Assembly: GCA_965223335.1 (NCBI GenBank)
Contig: OZ244991.1
Location: 1,056,001-1,120,000, forward strand
Reading direction: 5' to 3'
DNA from: Thermodesulfobacteriota bacterium
GTDB taxonomy: Bacteria > Desulfobacterota_D > UBA1144 > Nemesobacterales > UBA2774
Length of the DNA: 64,000 nt
Of this stretch, positions 40,489-49,879 are shown piece by piece (position 1 is the first letter of the stretch; each line of letters begins with the position of its first letter). The position numbers and the translations under genes are program-made. The notes under the pieces are model-generated. The model did no database searches. It was not told the origin of the DNA and was given only the letters and a program-made list of their open reading frames with translations.

Positions 40489-41478
40489 TTCTTTCATTTC
40501 AGATACCCCCAACAGTTGTTTATTTTCGTCATTTAGCTTATCTAATAATTCATGTCTATCCAATATTAGTTTTAGTTGTTTTATTCGTTTAGATAAATCA
40601 GATCTGTCCCTAACGTTTAAGAATTTTTCAACACATGAGTTTACATCAATGTCTTCATTATAAATGGGTTCTCGGCTAGATAATAACTCTAATGAAGCTC
40701 CTGTAATACGTGCTAGGGTTGTTAATTCCTCATTTGTATAATATTCACTTGGCCACTTACCTGATTTATTCTGATTAGCGGATGATGATAATAAAGTAGC
40801 ATTTTGAATAGTAAGAGGATAAAAATATTTTGATGGAAGTGTATGATCTATCTCCCAAGAAGCACTATCTTCTATATTGAGTTCTATTCCTGTCTTGAAA
40901 CACTTGCTATCAAATCTATCAAATAATTCAGGAACATTTAGTTTTTCGTCAGCGCTGCTAGTAAGAAGCTCAGCAATTCTCCTTTTCATAGAAGATTCTC
41001 TAAGTTGCTCTGTAGTACGTTTTGGATTTAGGTTAGCATTAATCACAGCCTTGCAAGTCCTGCATTCCATTTGTTTAAATAAGGGGCCCCATGCCGAGCC
41101 CGAATGTTTAGCGAATTCGGTGCTTGGTAATATTCGGCCACATACATTGCACTGCTTCCAATAAGTCTCTGGTTTTTCAGTGGCCGACCTAAAAAATGCA
41201 CGCCAGAAACGTTGAGCTGGAGTTTTAGTCTTATCAATTGTTTCCTCAGGCCACTCTGTAAATGGCAAGTCATTATTATTAAAATGTATATAGTTACAAT
41301 TTGAACACTGCCATTGAAAATTATTAAAGGCTTCATCGGGTGACGGAAGCTCTAAACCCATATTTTCATAATTTCGAGTGCCGCAGTTAATACAAGTATA
41401 TGATGCCCACGCATGTCTGTGTGATATGCCTTCTTTTCTTAGGATACCAGTGGTATTTTTTGTGCTTCTTCTTACCAT
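40480..41478 (-). CDS. Zinc-finger HNH endonuclease (putative restriction endonuclease)
   Basis: Four CxxC pairs (CINC, CSNC, CNVC, CRTC) and an HNH-like IDHTLP...N..LL...ANQNK; convergent with the MTase gene with a 9-nt overlap. Confidence 0.75.
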   Translation of the reverse strand: MVRRSTKNTTGILRKEGISHRHAWASYTCINCGTRNYENMGLELPSPDEAFNNFQWQCSNCNYIHFNNNDLPFTEWPEETIDKTKTPAQRFWRAFFRSATEKPETYWKQCNVCGRILPSTEFAKHSGSAWGPLFKQMECRTCKAVINANLNPKRTTEQLRESSMKRRIAELLTSSADEKLNVPELFDRFDSKCFKTGIELNIEDSASWEIDHTLPSKYFYPLTIQNATLLSSSANQNKSGKWPSEYYTNEELTTLARITGASLELLSSREPIYNEDIDVNSCVEKFLNVRDRSDLSKRIKQLKLILDRHELLDKLNDENKQLLGVSEMKESV

Positions 41479-41701
41479 TTGTTGTAATTAAGTCAGAAGA
41501 ATTTGACTTGCATTAACATACTTCTAGTATGGATTGTAGCATATTATTAATCCAGGGATAATTAATCGGAAGTGTAGTAATTTTCTTAGCTCTATGGGAT
41601 GTAGGATATAATTTTTCTTGAATCGACATAATGTCTTTAATGAGTATGTAAATATTTTAGTTATTGTATGTATAGTTGCAAGGCTGTTTAAGGCTAATAT
41701 T

Positions 41702-42085
41702 ATGCCCCTAAACAAAAAAAGAGCGTGGTTGGTGTTGTTATCACTTGTCGTGACATTTGTTGGGCTTCGGGTGTGGCTGCATATCTATCCCAACACCGAC
41801 CTTAATATCGGTAGCTACAATATCCACCATCTCTACACCGGAATATTGTTTGTCGTGTTCTGTGGTATCCCGCTTGTGTTGCTGAGTATCGACAATCGGC
41901 TCATGGACCTCCTCTCTATAGGGTTCGGAGCCGGGTTAGGAATGGTGCTTGACGAGTGGGTTTATCTGATTGCCACAGACGGTAGTAACGCGTCCTACCT
42001 CCTGCCGGTCTCACTCTACGGTGGGATCATATTTATTGCACTGGTAGCAATATATATAATCGCGTTTATATTATTCTCCCGATAA
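41702..42085 (+). CDS. Small four-TM membrane protein
   Basis: Hydrophobic helices with IHHLYTG and GLGMVLDE; start reassigned to the ATG at 41702. Confidence 0.7.
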   Translation: MPLNKKRAWLVLLSLVVTFVGLRVWLHIYPNTDLNIGSYNIHHLYTGILFVVFCGIPLVLLSIDNRLMDLLSIGFGAGLGMVLDEWVYLIATDGSNASYLLPVSLYGGIIFIALVAIYIIAFILFSR

Positions 42086-42137
42086 TATTCTCCATATAAT
42101 TAACACGAACAAATCCAATTAAAGGCGGCGAAATAAA

Positions 42138-42908
42138 TTGCTTAGCGATATTCTGAGTTTTTTTAGGGGCACTCCCAAACAACATACTCCCGAGGAGGGG
42201 ATGGAGGACCGGGTATTTATAGAGGGGCCGCATTCGAGGACCCGCGAGCTCTGGTTTTTGATCCGAGTAATGATCGAGTTCATAAAGGGCTTTAGGGCGC
42301 TTCACTTTGTGGGCCCGGTAGTCACGGTATTTGGCTCGGCCAGGTTTGAGGATGACCACAATTACTACGAGCTTGCACGTGAGACAGGTGCAGGCCTGGC
42401 CAAGATGGGCTTTACTGTGATGACCGGGGGCGGGCCCGGGATCATGGAGGCTGCCAACAGGGGTGCGAAAGAGGCCGGGGGAAGGTCTGTAGGCTGTGCA
42501 ATCATGCTCCCCGAGGAGCTCGAGCCCAACCCATATCTCGATAAGTGGGTCGAGTTCCACTACTTCTTTGTAAGGAAGGTGATGCTCCTTAAATATTCCT
42601 ATGCGTTTGTTGTAATGCCCGGTGGTGTGGGTACCATGGACGAGCTATTCGAGACCCTTACACTGATCCAGACCAAGAAGATTCATGACTTTCCCATAGT
42701 CCTGGTAGGCAGGGACTACTTCAAACCGCTCATCGAATACCTGCATGTGATGGTAGAGGAAAAAACTATTTCCGATACAGACCTCGAATACCTGGTGTTG
42801 GTAGACACGGTCGAAGAGGCCATGCAATGCATGCAGACCAAAGTCGTTGACAGGTTCGGCCTCAAGCTAAAGAAGCTTCCCAAACCCTCAAAAATTTTAT
42901 GGGAGTAG
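42138..42908 (+). CDS. LOG family (TIGR00730-like) nucleotide monophosphate phosphoribohydrolase
   Basis: VFGSAR, TGGGPGIMEAAN, YFFVRK and PGGVGTMDE motifs. Confidence 0.92.
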   Translation: MLSDILSFFRGTPKQHTPEEGMEDRVFIEGPHSRTRELWFLIRVMIEFIKGFRALHFVGPVVTVFGSARFEDDHNYYELARETGAGLAKMGFTVMTGGGPGIMEAANRGAKEAGGRSVGCAIMLPEELEPNPYLDKWVEFHYFFVRKVMLLKYSYAFVVMPGGVGTMDELFETLTLIQTKKIHDFPIVLVGRDYFKPLIEYLHVMVEEKTISDTDLEYLVLVDTVEEAMQCMQTKVVDRFGLKLKKLPKPSKILWE

Positions 42909-42920
42909 TTATAGCGAATT

Positions 42921-43289
42921 TTACGCTGTGGGTTCTTCAATCTTTGCCTTGGTTCTTCTCTTGCGTCTTTTCTTTTGCTTACGTATTTTTTCGGCGCGCA
43001 GGTCCCCACCGGTTTTTATCTGGAGTATCTCTTGTTCGTATTTTTCAACCAGACTACGGCGTGCCAAAAAACGGTTTATCCCCTGTTTGCGGTCTTTTTG
43101 TGCCTGGACTTTTAAGCCAGTGGGAATGTGTGTGAGTTCCACACAGGTAGAGACCTTGTTTACGTTCTGTCCCCCGGGGCCTTGCGAGCGTATAAATTTC
43201 TCTTCGAGGTCGCTTTCGTTTATGCCGAGTGCCGCCATTTTTTCAAAAAGTGCGTTCTCTTTGGCCGGTGATACCCCGAATTTACTCAT
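42921..43289 (-). CDS. Codon-independent peptidyl-tRNA hydrolase, RF-1 domain (ArfB/C12orf65-like)
   Basis: RSQGPGGQNVNKV and a basic C-terminal tail KIRKQKKRRKRR. Confidence 0.88.
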   Translation of the reverse strand: MSKFGVSPAKENALFEKMAALGINESDLEEKFIRSQGPGGQNVNKVSTCVELTHIPTGLKVQAQKDRKQGINRFLARRSLVEKYEQEILQIKTGGDLRAEKIRKQKKRRKRRTKAKIEEPTA

Positions 43290-43316
43290 CTTGATTTAGT
43301 GTTTTATGAAAATGGG

Positions 43317-43769
43317 TCAGTCATCGTCCTCAACGACGAGCTTTAATAGATCGCGGCGCGAGATAATTCCAACCGGCACACCGTCCTTTACAACCGGCAC
43401 GCGGTGGACCCTGTGCTCGAGCATTGTCCTTACGGCCTCGGCGAGTGTGTCGTCCTCGGTTACGGTATGTACCGATTTTGTCATTATCTCTTTTACCTTT
43501 ACGTTGCGTGCCGCTTCATATGCCTTTTCGATCCCCTCTTTGGACATCCACTCTCCGAACAGTTGAGGGGCGTAGTTGCGCGAGAACGGTATGGCGTGTT
43601 CTTTGGCTGAAAAATCCGATTCGGTGACGATTCCTATTATCTTTCCGTCTTTATCGACTACCGGGACACCCCCAATGCGTTCATCCAGCATTAATTTAGC
43701 TACTTCTTCGAGTGATGTATCTTCATCTACGACTTTTACGGGTGAGCTCATAATTTCATGTACTTTCAT
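43317..43769 (-). CDS. CBS domain pair protein
   Basis: KVHEIMS, GVPVVD..GIVTESD, KVKEIMT and RVPVV..GIISRRD. Confidence 0.92.
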   Translation of the reverse strand: MKVHEIMSSPVKVVDEDTSLEEVAKLMLDERIGGVPVVDKDGKIIGIVTESDFSAKEHAIPFSRNYAPQLFGEWMSKEGIEKAYEAARNVKVKEIMTKSVHTVTEDDTLAEAVRTMLEHRVHRVPVVKDGVPVGIISRRDLLKLVVEDDD

Positions 43770-43855
43770 CAGGCCTCCTGCGCTTGGCGTGTCGCTAGTA
43801 ACGCAAATGTTTCCGATAGATTATAATCAAGTTTTCGAGCTTTACGATTTTTGCC

Positions 43856-44065
43856 CTATTCCATTTCCTCTATCATCGATTCCTGTTCTTTTAGGGTCTC
43901 GGCTCTATCGTCCTTCATCTCACGCACCTTTTCCGTGGAGCGGACCGTTTCCTCCAGGTAGGTGTCGGACTCGGCATGCTTTTCCTCAAGTGTGCCGAGC
44001 ACCTTGGCTATGCCGTAAATTGCAAGCAGCGCCACTATTATCGCGGCTATAGTTTTCCAGCTCAT
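43856..44065 (-). CDS. Small hypothetical protein with an N-terminal membrane anchor
   Basis: MSWKTIAAIIVALLAIYGIAKVLG followed by a charged helix; fills the gap between the CBS and bolA genes. Confidence 0.6.
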   Translation of the reverse strand: MSWKTIAAIIVALLAIYGIAKVLGTLEEKHAESDTYLEETVRSTEKVREMKDDRAETLKEQESMIEEME

Positions 44066-44160
44066 ACAGAGAATTATAAAAATTGTGCCCCTAATTTTCA
44101 ACCGATTATTTGCCCTTGGGCCAAGTTGAAAGGGATGCAAAAACATTTATAATACAACCC

Positions 44161-44397
44161 ATGAATCCGGATGAACTAAAGAGTTTAATCGAAGAAGGGA
44201 TGCCGGGGGCAAGTGTTAGTGTTGAGGGTGACGGCACGCATTTCGAGGCGCTCATAGTGTCGAGCGAGTTCGAGGGCAAAAGACTGCTTGAGCGCCACAA
44301 GATTGTTTACGGGGTGCTAGGGGACGCAATGAAAGAACGCGTCCATGCCCTATCGCTTAAGACCTATACCCCCGAGCAGTGGGAATCCATGAAGTAA
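44161..44397 (+). CDS. bolA: BolA/IbaG family protein
   Basis: GDGTHF, FEGK.LLERHK.VY and VHALSLKT motifs. Confidence 0.92.
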   Translation: MNPDELKSLIEEGMPGASVSVEGDGTHFEALIVSSEFEGKRLLERHKIVYGVLGDAMKERVHALSLKTYTPEQWESMK

Positions 44398-44437
44398 AAT
44401 CCTCATCTAATATCATAAAGCATCTAAGGAGCGGCAC

Positions 44438-44752
44438 ATGACCCAGGATATCCAAGAGATTATAAAAAATCAGATCAACAACAACAAGATTATCCTCTAT
44501 ATGAAAGGCTCAAAGGACATGCCCCAGTGCGGGTTCTCGGCGCGCGTGGTACAGATCCTAAACTCCTATAACCAGCCCTACGAGACAGTGGATGTGCTCG
44601 AGGACCCTGCGATCCGCCAGGGTATCAAGGACTTTTCCAACTGGCCCACCATCCCGCAGCTCTACATTAACGGCGAGTTCATCGGCGGGTGCGACATCTG
44701 TGTCGAGATGGACCTGGCCGGCGAACTCAAGCAGCTTGTAATCGAGGCTTAG
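44438..44752 (+). CDS. grxD: Monothiol glutaredoxin Grx4
   Basis: [14 protein letters not shown] and GGCD motifs; adjacent to bolA. Confidence 0.96.
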   Translation: MTQDIQEIIKNQINNNKIILYMKGSKDMPQCGFSARVVQILNSYNQPYETVDVLEDPAIRQGIKDFSNWPTIPQLYINGEFIGGCDICVEMDLAGELKQLVIEA

Positions 44753-44760
44753 TAAACATA

Positions 44761-45978
44761 TTAATTGCGGTCGATAAGACTCTTAAGTGCCGGGGCCAGC
44801 TGCGACCTCTTAATTTTCCTAAGCGTAGTTTTCACTATCTGGCGTATCCTCTCGCGCGTAAGCCCATAGCGCTGCCCTATCTCTTCCAGTGTGAACGCGT
44901 TGTCGTAACCGATCCCGTAGCGCATCTTCACAATATCGCATTCCCGCTCGTCTATACCCGAGAGTGCATGGGCTATGTTGTCGGGAATGGATACCTCGTC
45001 AATCAATCTATCTACAGCCGAGGAGTTTGAGTCGGGGATCAGGTCCAGGTAAGTCGCTCTATCTCCATTTCGTATCTCTGCGTCGAGCCGGATCATATTT
45101 GTATTTTTGTAGGACTCAAGAATTTGGCGGACATTCTCGTTGCTCATCCCTACTGTTTTTGATATCTCGTGCGGCAGGGGCTCCCTGTCGTTTTCTTCGA
45201 CAAACTTTGTCCTCGCAGCCCTTACCTTGCCAGCCTTTTCAAGCACATATGCAGGAACTTTTACAGTGCGAGTCTGGTTAAAGATCCCGCGTGTGATGGC
45301 CTGTGTGATCCACCAGCAGGCGTATGTAGAAAACCTATAGCCCTTTTGGTGATCAAACCGCTCCACAGCTTTTATAAGCCCGATGTTGCCCTCCTGGATA
45401 AGGTCCAAAAACGGCACACCCCTGCCCATATAGCGTTTGGACATGCTCGCAACAAGGCGTAAATTGGCCTTCACAAACCTGTTTCTAAGCCTCTGGTGCA
45501 TATTGAGATAAGCGGTATAGACTGCAATATATTTGCCTAGCTTCTCTTTGTTTGGCCTGTTTTTTACTTTGCAGATACAGAAATTCTCAATCTGAGTTTC
45601 TTTGTTACAGCTTCCCTCAGGTCTAAGATCGTTGAGATCAAACCCGGCAGTGCTCTCTATCAGTTTTTGATATCTATTCATCTCGCTTTCACAATATTTG
45701 ATTTTGGCGGCGACCGACAGTTCTTCTTTCGGTGTCAACAGGGGCTCGTTGCCGACCTCTTTAAAATAATCGTTTACAAGACGGAGCTCATGATTGTCGT
45801 TGAAGTCAAAGGTTTGTTTCTCGTCATTTTTATCAGGGGAATCATAGTCGTTATCGAGCGCATCGAAATTGTTTAATATTGGTTCGTGCTCGTTTATATG
45901 GCTATCATCGCTCATCACCTCACTCATAGCCTCGTTGTAGTTGTTAAACGCTTCTTTGTATGAATTTTCTTTAGTCAT
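44761..45978 (-). CDS. Sigma-70 family sigma factor, RpoS/group-2-like
   Basis: Region 1.2 [43 protein letters not shown] and TLEEIG...[11 protein letters not shown] at 45978 with GGAGG RBS. Confidence 0.9.
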   Translation of the reverse strand: MTKENSYKEAFNNYNEAMSEVMSDDSHINEHEPILNNFDALDNDYDSPDKNDEKQTFDFNDNHELRLVNDYFKEVGNEPLLTPKEELSVAAKIKYCESEMNRYQKLIESTAGFDLNDLRPEGSCNKETQIENFCICKVKNRPNKEKLGKYIAVYTAYLNMHQRLRNRFVKANLRLVASMSKRYMGRGVPFLDLIQEGNIGLIKAVERFDHQKGYRFSTYACWWITQAITRGIFNQTRTVKVPAYVLEKAGKVRAARTKFVEENDREPLPHEISKTVGMSNENVRQILESYKNTNMIRLDAEIRNGDRATYLDLIPDSNSSAVDRLIDEVSIPDNIAHALSGIDERECDIVKMRYGIGYDNAFTLEEIGQRYGLTRERIRQIVKTTLRKIKRSQLAPALKSLIDRN

Positions 45979-46012
45979 CTTGGTTCCTCCGAATTTTAGT
46001 ATTGATTGTTCT

Positions 46013-46645
46013 CTATGGACTGCCTTTTGTCGGAGCCCTAAGCCCCGCCGCACAAAAAGTAACAAGTCTTTTTGTGAGATCCGATTCGTCTTCTAGCTTG
46101 CACACTCCCATGGACAGGTGCTCGAGACCCTTGTGGTTTGTCCAAGTGTGAATCATCGCACCCATGAGGAAGTGAATACGCCACATGAGCTCTTCTTCCG
46201 GTAGGTGAGGGAGTGCGTCACCCATGGCCTCTTTGAATTTCGAGAACACCTCTTCAAAGTGGGCCACGAAGTTCCTATAGATCTCGCGTTCGGGGTGAGA
46301 CACGACCTGCCCAGCAACGTGGCGGAAATGCGGGTTCTCAAAAGTAAGCTCTATGCTGGGTGCAAAAAGGGCCTCTAGGATATTCTCCAGAGCCACCGGT
46401 TTATAGCCCGTGGCATGGCGGTGACCGTGCAGTTTCTCGAGGCGTTTTTCGTTAAGGGGCTTAATCCTTCGTGCAATCACCTCGCGAATGAGCTCGTCTT
46501 TGCTGCCGAAGTGGTAATTAATGGCAGCCAGGTGAACCCCCGCACTGCCTGTAATATCCCTCACCGAAGTCTCTTTTATACCCTTTTCTGCAAACAGACG
46601 CTCGGCTGTATCGAGCAAAATCTCTTTAGTTTTAGTGCTCTTCAT
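46013..46645 (-). CDS. TetR family regulator, PsrA-like
   Basis: AERLFAEKG..ETSVRDIT..AGV.LAAINYHFGSK and C-terminal LMWRIHFLMGAM...FCAAGLRAP. Confidence 0.85.
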   Translation of the reverse strand: MKSTKTKEILLDTAERLFAEKGIKETSVRDITGSAGVHLAAINYHFGSKDELIREVIARRIKPLNEKRLEKLHGHRHATGYKPVALENILEALFAPSIELTFENPHFRHVAGQVVSHPEREIYRNFVAHFEEVFSKFKEAMGDALPHLPEEELMWRIHFLMGAMIHTWTNHKGLEHLSMGVCKLEDESDLTKRLVTFCAAGLRAPTKGSP

Positions 46646-46660
46646 TCTTACCTCCCATGA

Positions 46661-46684
46661 ATTCATACAAACGTTTGTTTGAAT
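46661..46684. promoter_or_regulatory. 24-bp near-perfect palindrome (PsrA-type operator)
   Basis: ATTCATACAAACGTTTGTTTGAAT has one mismatched pair and contains CAAAC-N4-GTTTG on the minus strand; lies just downstream of a minus-strand TTGACA at 46712-46707. Confidence 0.8.
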
Positions 46685-46744
46685 AATATGTTCATGAAAG
46701 ATACCCTGTCAATACTTTTATTTAAATTTTCAGAAAATAGGGGT

Positions 46745-48055
46745 TTATTGCCCTAGTAATAGGGACGAATTGGTGAAAAACATGCCCGCTACACAGCCCG
46801 TCATAAGTGTAGCCAGTGTGGCTGCAATAAGTGCACGGAACCCTACACTGGCAATATCGGTCTTTCTCCCAGGTGCCAACGCCGCAAGCCCACCCACAAA
46901 TATAGCCATAGACGCTATGTGTGCAAACCCGCAGAGTGCATAGGAGGTAATGATGGGGGACCTGGGATGCTGCAAAAGCCCCTGTTCCATTGCCACAGAA
47001 AGTTCTTTATACGCTACTACCTCTGTGACAATAGTGCGCGAACCTATGATCTGTCCTACCGCGTAGGCGTCTGCAGAGGGGATACCGAGTATGATCGCAA
47101 AGGGGTAAAAGAGATAACCCAAGAGCCCCTCTAATGACCAGTTGATGCTAATACCCAGTAGGTTATTTATATGCACACCCACTCCCCCGAGTATTAAGTC
47201 GAGTAGCGCAATAAGACCGAGGATGGCTACCAATAGTGCCACTATTCCCACTATAAGCTTTACTCCGCTGTTGGCACCGTCGATTATTGCTTCAAAAAAA
47301 CTGTGTTCCTTTTCATAAAAAGGCTTTACATGCATCCCAAGTGTCTCGGGCACACCGTCTTCGGGCACAATGAGCTTCGACATCAGCACCGCTGCCGGGG
47401 CAGAGAGTATAGAGGCCGAGATCAGGTGGGCGGCGATTGTGGGAAATTGCTCTTGTAGGCTAAATACGTAAAGAGCCAACACGTTAGATGCCACTGTGGC
47501 CATTCCCGCAGTTAGTATCGTGCACAGTTCCGAGCGCGTCATATTGTCTAAATAGGGTTTTACGGTGAGCGTGGATTCTATCCCCACAAATATGTTGCTC
47601 GATGCGCTCAGTGATTCCGCCCCCGAGATCCTCATGAGCCTTGTGAATACATAGGAAAAGAGTCTTATGACTCTTTGCATAATATTAAAATAGTAGAGTA
47701 TAGACATCAGTGCCGAAAAAAATATGATTGTGGGCAGAGCCTGAAAGGCCAGGAAAAATCCAAGCGAGCTTTCACCGTATTGGTTCTCTGTGCCCGGGGG
47801 GAGTGCGAGCCTCCCGAACAAGAACTCTGAGCCCGCCTGGGCCGATTCCAGCACTTTTACTACTATTTCATTTAGATAGAGGAGCACCTTGGCTCCCACT
47901 GGTGCCAGAAATATGAAACCGGCAAATACAAACTGCAACAATAGAGCCCAGATCACTACCCTATAGTTCACATTTTTCCTATTCGTTGACAGCAGCCATG
48001 CTATGCCGATCAGTATGAATATGCCGATGAAACTTATGAGGTTGTGTATGTCCAT
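46745..48055 (-). CDS. nupC: Concentrative nucleoside transporter (NupC/CNT family)
   Basis: FQALPTIIFFS, NIFVG, GMATVAS and YALCGFA motifs. Confidence 0.9.
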   Translation of the reverse strand: MDIHNLISFIGIFILIGIAWLLSTNRKNVNYRVVIWALLLQFVFAGFIFLAPVGAKVLLYLNEIVVKVLESAQAGSEFLFGRLALPPGTENQYGESSLGFFLAFQALPTIIFFSALMSILYYFNIMQRVIRLFSYVFTRLMRISGAESLSASSNIFVGIESTLTVKPYLDNMTRSELCTILTAGMATVASNVLALYVFSLQEQFPTIAAHLISASILSAPAAVLMSKLIVPEDGVPETLGMHVKPFYEKEHSFFEAIIDGANSGVKLIVGIVALLVAILGLIALLDLILGGVGVHINNLLGISINWSLEGLLGYLFYPFAIILGIPSADAYAVGQIIGSRTIVTEVVAYKELSVAMEQGLLQHPRSPIITSYALCGFAHIASMAIFVGGLAALAPGRKTDIASVGFRALIAATLATLMTGCVAGMFFTNSSLLLGQ

Positions 48056-48130
48056 ATCGTTAGGGAGATATCGGGATGTCTAAAGTTTTACACTACACAA
48101 TTGCTTTGGTATGGTAAAGCGTAACTATCA

Positions 48131-49879
48131 ATGTCTCGAGACCTGCTAGACTATATGCATATATTAAAATTTGTTGCTCTATTTTTACTTTTATCCACCT
48201 CATACTTTGCAAATGCCTTGGCCGATGGGTCCCCGGTCTATGACCCCAAGGCGAGGTTCCACCCGGTACATGCCAAAAACGGGATGGTAGCGTCTGAGAG
48301 CAGCTACGCCACCAGGGCCGGTATCGAGGTGCTTCGCGAGGGTGGTAATGCTGTGGATGCTGCGGTAACGGTGGGGTTTGTGCTGGCTGTAACGTTCCCT
48401 CGTGCCGGGAACCTGGGTGGTGGTGGGTTTATGGTGGCTTACCTGGGCGATAAAACCGGTGTGATTGCCCTTGATTACCGAGAGACCGCCCCTAAAGCAG
48501 CCAAGAGGGATATGTTTTTGGACACCCGGGGCAACGTGGACAAGACAAAATCACGACACAGTATCTTATCGGTCGGTGTGCCCGGTACTGTAGCAGGGTT
48601 AACTTATGCACTTGAGAATTACGGTACAATTTCGCTCGAAAGGGCATTGACCCCGGCCATTAAGCTTGCAAAAGAGGGTTTTGTGGTAGACCAGCAGCTT
48701 AGAAACTCGCTAATAGGGGCTAAAAAAGGCATAAAGGGCACCCCGCAATCACTCGACACCTATTTTAAAGCCGACAGCTCCCCGTATGAGGTAGGTGAGC
48801 TTTTGGTCCAGCCCGAGCTTGCCAAGACTTTAGAGGAGATTGCCAAGCATGGATCCAAGGCCTTTTATCATGGGTCTATTGCAGAGAAGATGGATGGATT
48901 TATGAAGGCAAACGGCGGGCTTATCACAAAGCAGGATATGAGGGATTACAAACCTATCCTCCGTGAACCTGTACACGGGAATTACAAGGGTTACGAGATC
49001 TACTCTATGCCCCCTCCCAGTTCTGGTGGAGTGCATCTTATCCAGATGGTTAATGTGCTAGCAGGGTTTTCACTTGGGGACTTTGGGCAAAACAGTGCCG
49101 CCTCTATTCACTTGATGGCCGAGGCCATGAGATTTGCATACGCCGACAGGTCCCTGCACCTGGGAGACCCCGACTTCTCTACCATTCCGGTCCAGTGGCT
49201 TATATCGGACAAGTACGCAAAATCGATAAGAGAGAGGATAGATAAAGCACATGCGATTCCATCAAAGGAACTAAATCCCGGTACAGTACCCGGTAGTGGG
49301 GGCAGTGACACAACACACTTTTCTGTTGTCGATAAAGATGGCAATGCGGTTTCCAACACATACACTCTCAATTTCGGCTACGGGTCAAAGATCACACTCC
49401 CCGGCACGGGGATTCTGCTCAATAACGAGATGGACGATTTCTCATCAAAACCGGGCGAGCCTAACGCATACGGATTATTGGGTGCGGAAAAAAATGCCAT
49501 AGAGCCTCATAAGCGCATGCTTAGTTCCATGACACCGACAATAGTGATGCGGGACGGAAAACCGTTTCTGATTACGGGAAGCCCAGGTGGGAGCCTAATC
49601 ATCACCACTGTTCTGCAGGTAATACTCAATGTCATTGAATACGGGCTTAATGTTGCAGAGGCGACAAACGCACCCAGGGTGCATCATCAATGGTTCCCGG
49701 ATGTACTTAGGGTAGAAGAGGGTATAAGTAGCGACACTATAAACATACTGCGTAGTATGGGGCATAACGTAGTGATAAAAAGCACGATGGGTAGTGCCGA
49801 TACTATTATGTGTTTGGACGGTTATCTGTACGGGGCTTCTGATCCCCGTAGACCGGGTGGCCTAGCAGCGGGTTACTAG
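48131..49879 (+). CDS. ggt: Gamma-glutamyltransferase
   Basis: GGNAVDAAV, DYRETAP, DTTHFS (Thr nucleophile), LNNEMDDF, SSMTPT and GSPGG motifs. Confidence 0.96.
   Translation: MSRDLLDYMHILKFVALFLLLSTSYFANALADGSPVYDPKARFHPVHAKNGMVASESSYATRAGIEVLREGGNAVDAAVTVGFVLAVTFPRAGNLGGGGFMVAYLGDKTGVIALDYRETAPKAAKRDMFLDTRGNVDKTKSRHSILSVGVPGTVAGLTYALENYGTISLERALTPAIKLAKEGFVVDQQLRNSLIGAKKGIKGTPQSLDTYFKADSSPYEVGELLVQPELAKTLEEIAKHGSKAFYHGSIAEKMDGFMKANGGLITKQDMRDYKPILREPVHGNYKGYEIYSMPPPSSGGVHLIQMVNVLAGFSLGDFGQNSAASIHLMAEAMRFAYADRSLHLGDPDFSTIPVQWLISDKYAKSIRERIDKAHAIPSKELNPGTVPGSGGSDTTHFSVVDKDGNAVSNTYTLNFGYGSKITLPGTGILLNNEMDDFSSKPGEPNAYGLLGAEKNAIEPHKRMLSSMTPTIVMRDGKPFLITGSPGGSLIITTVLQVILNVIEYGLNVAEATNAPRVHHQWFPDVLRVEEGISSDTINILRSMGHNVVIKSTMGSADTIMCLDGYLYGASDPRRPGGLAAGY

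Larger units (their letters stand above)
34780..41600. mobile_element. tRNA-Glu-anchored AT-rich accessory island; no integrase seen
   Basis: Abrupt shift to AT-rich sequence after the tRNA; degenerate tRNA 3' copy at 35852; carries an R-M-like locus. The right boundary is approximate. Confidence 0.6.

Noticed and set aside
42066..44052. Overlapping alternative ORFs (164, 123 and 158 aa) around the LOG, ArfB-like and CBS genes
   Set aside because: Antisense shadows of well-supported genes.
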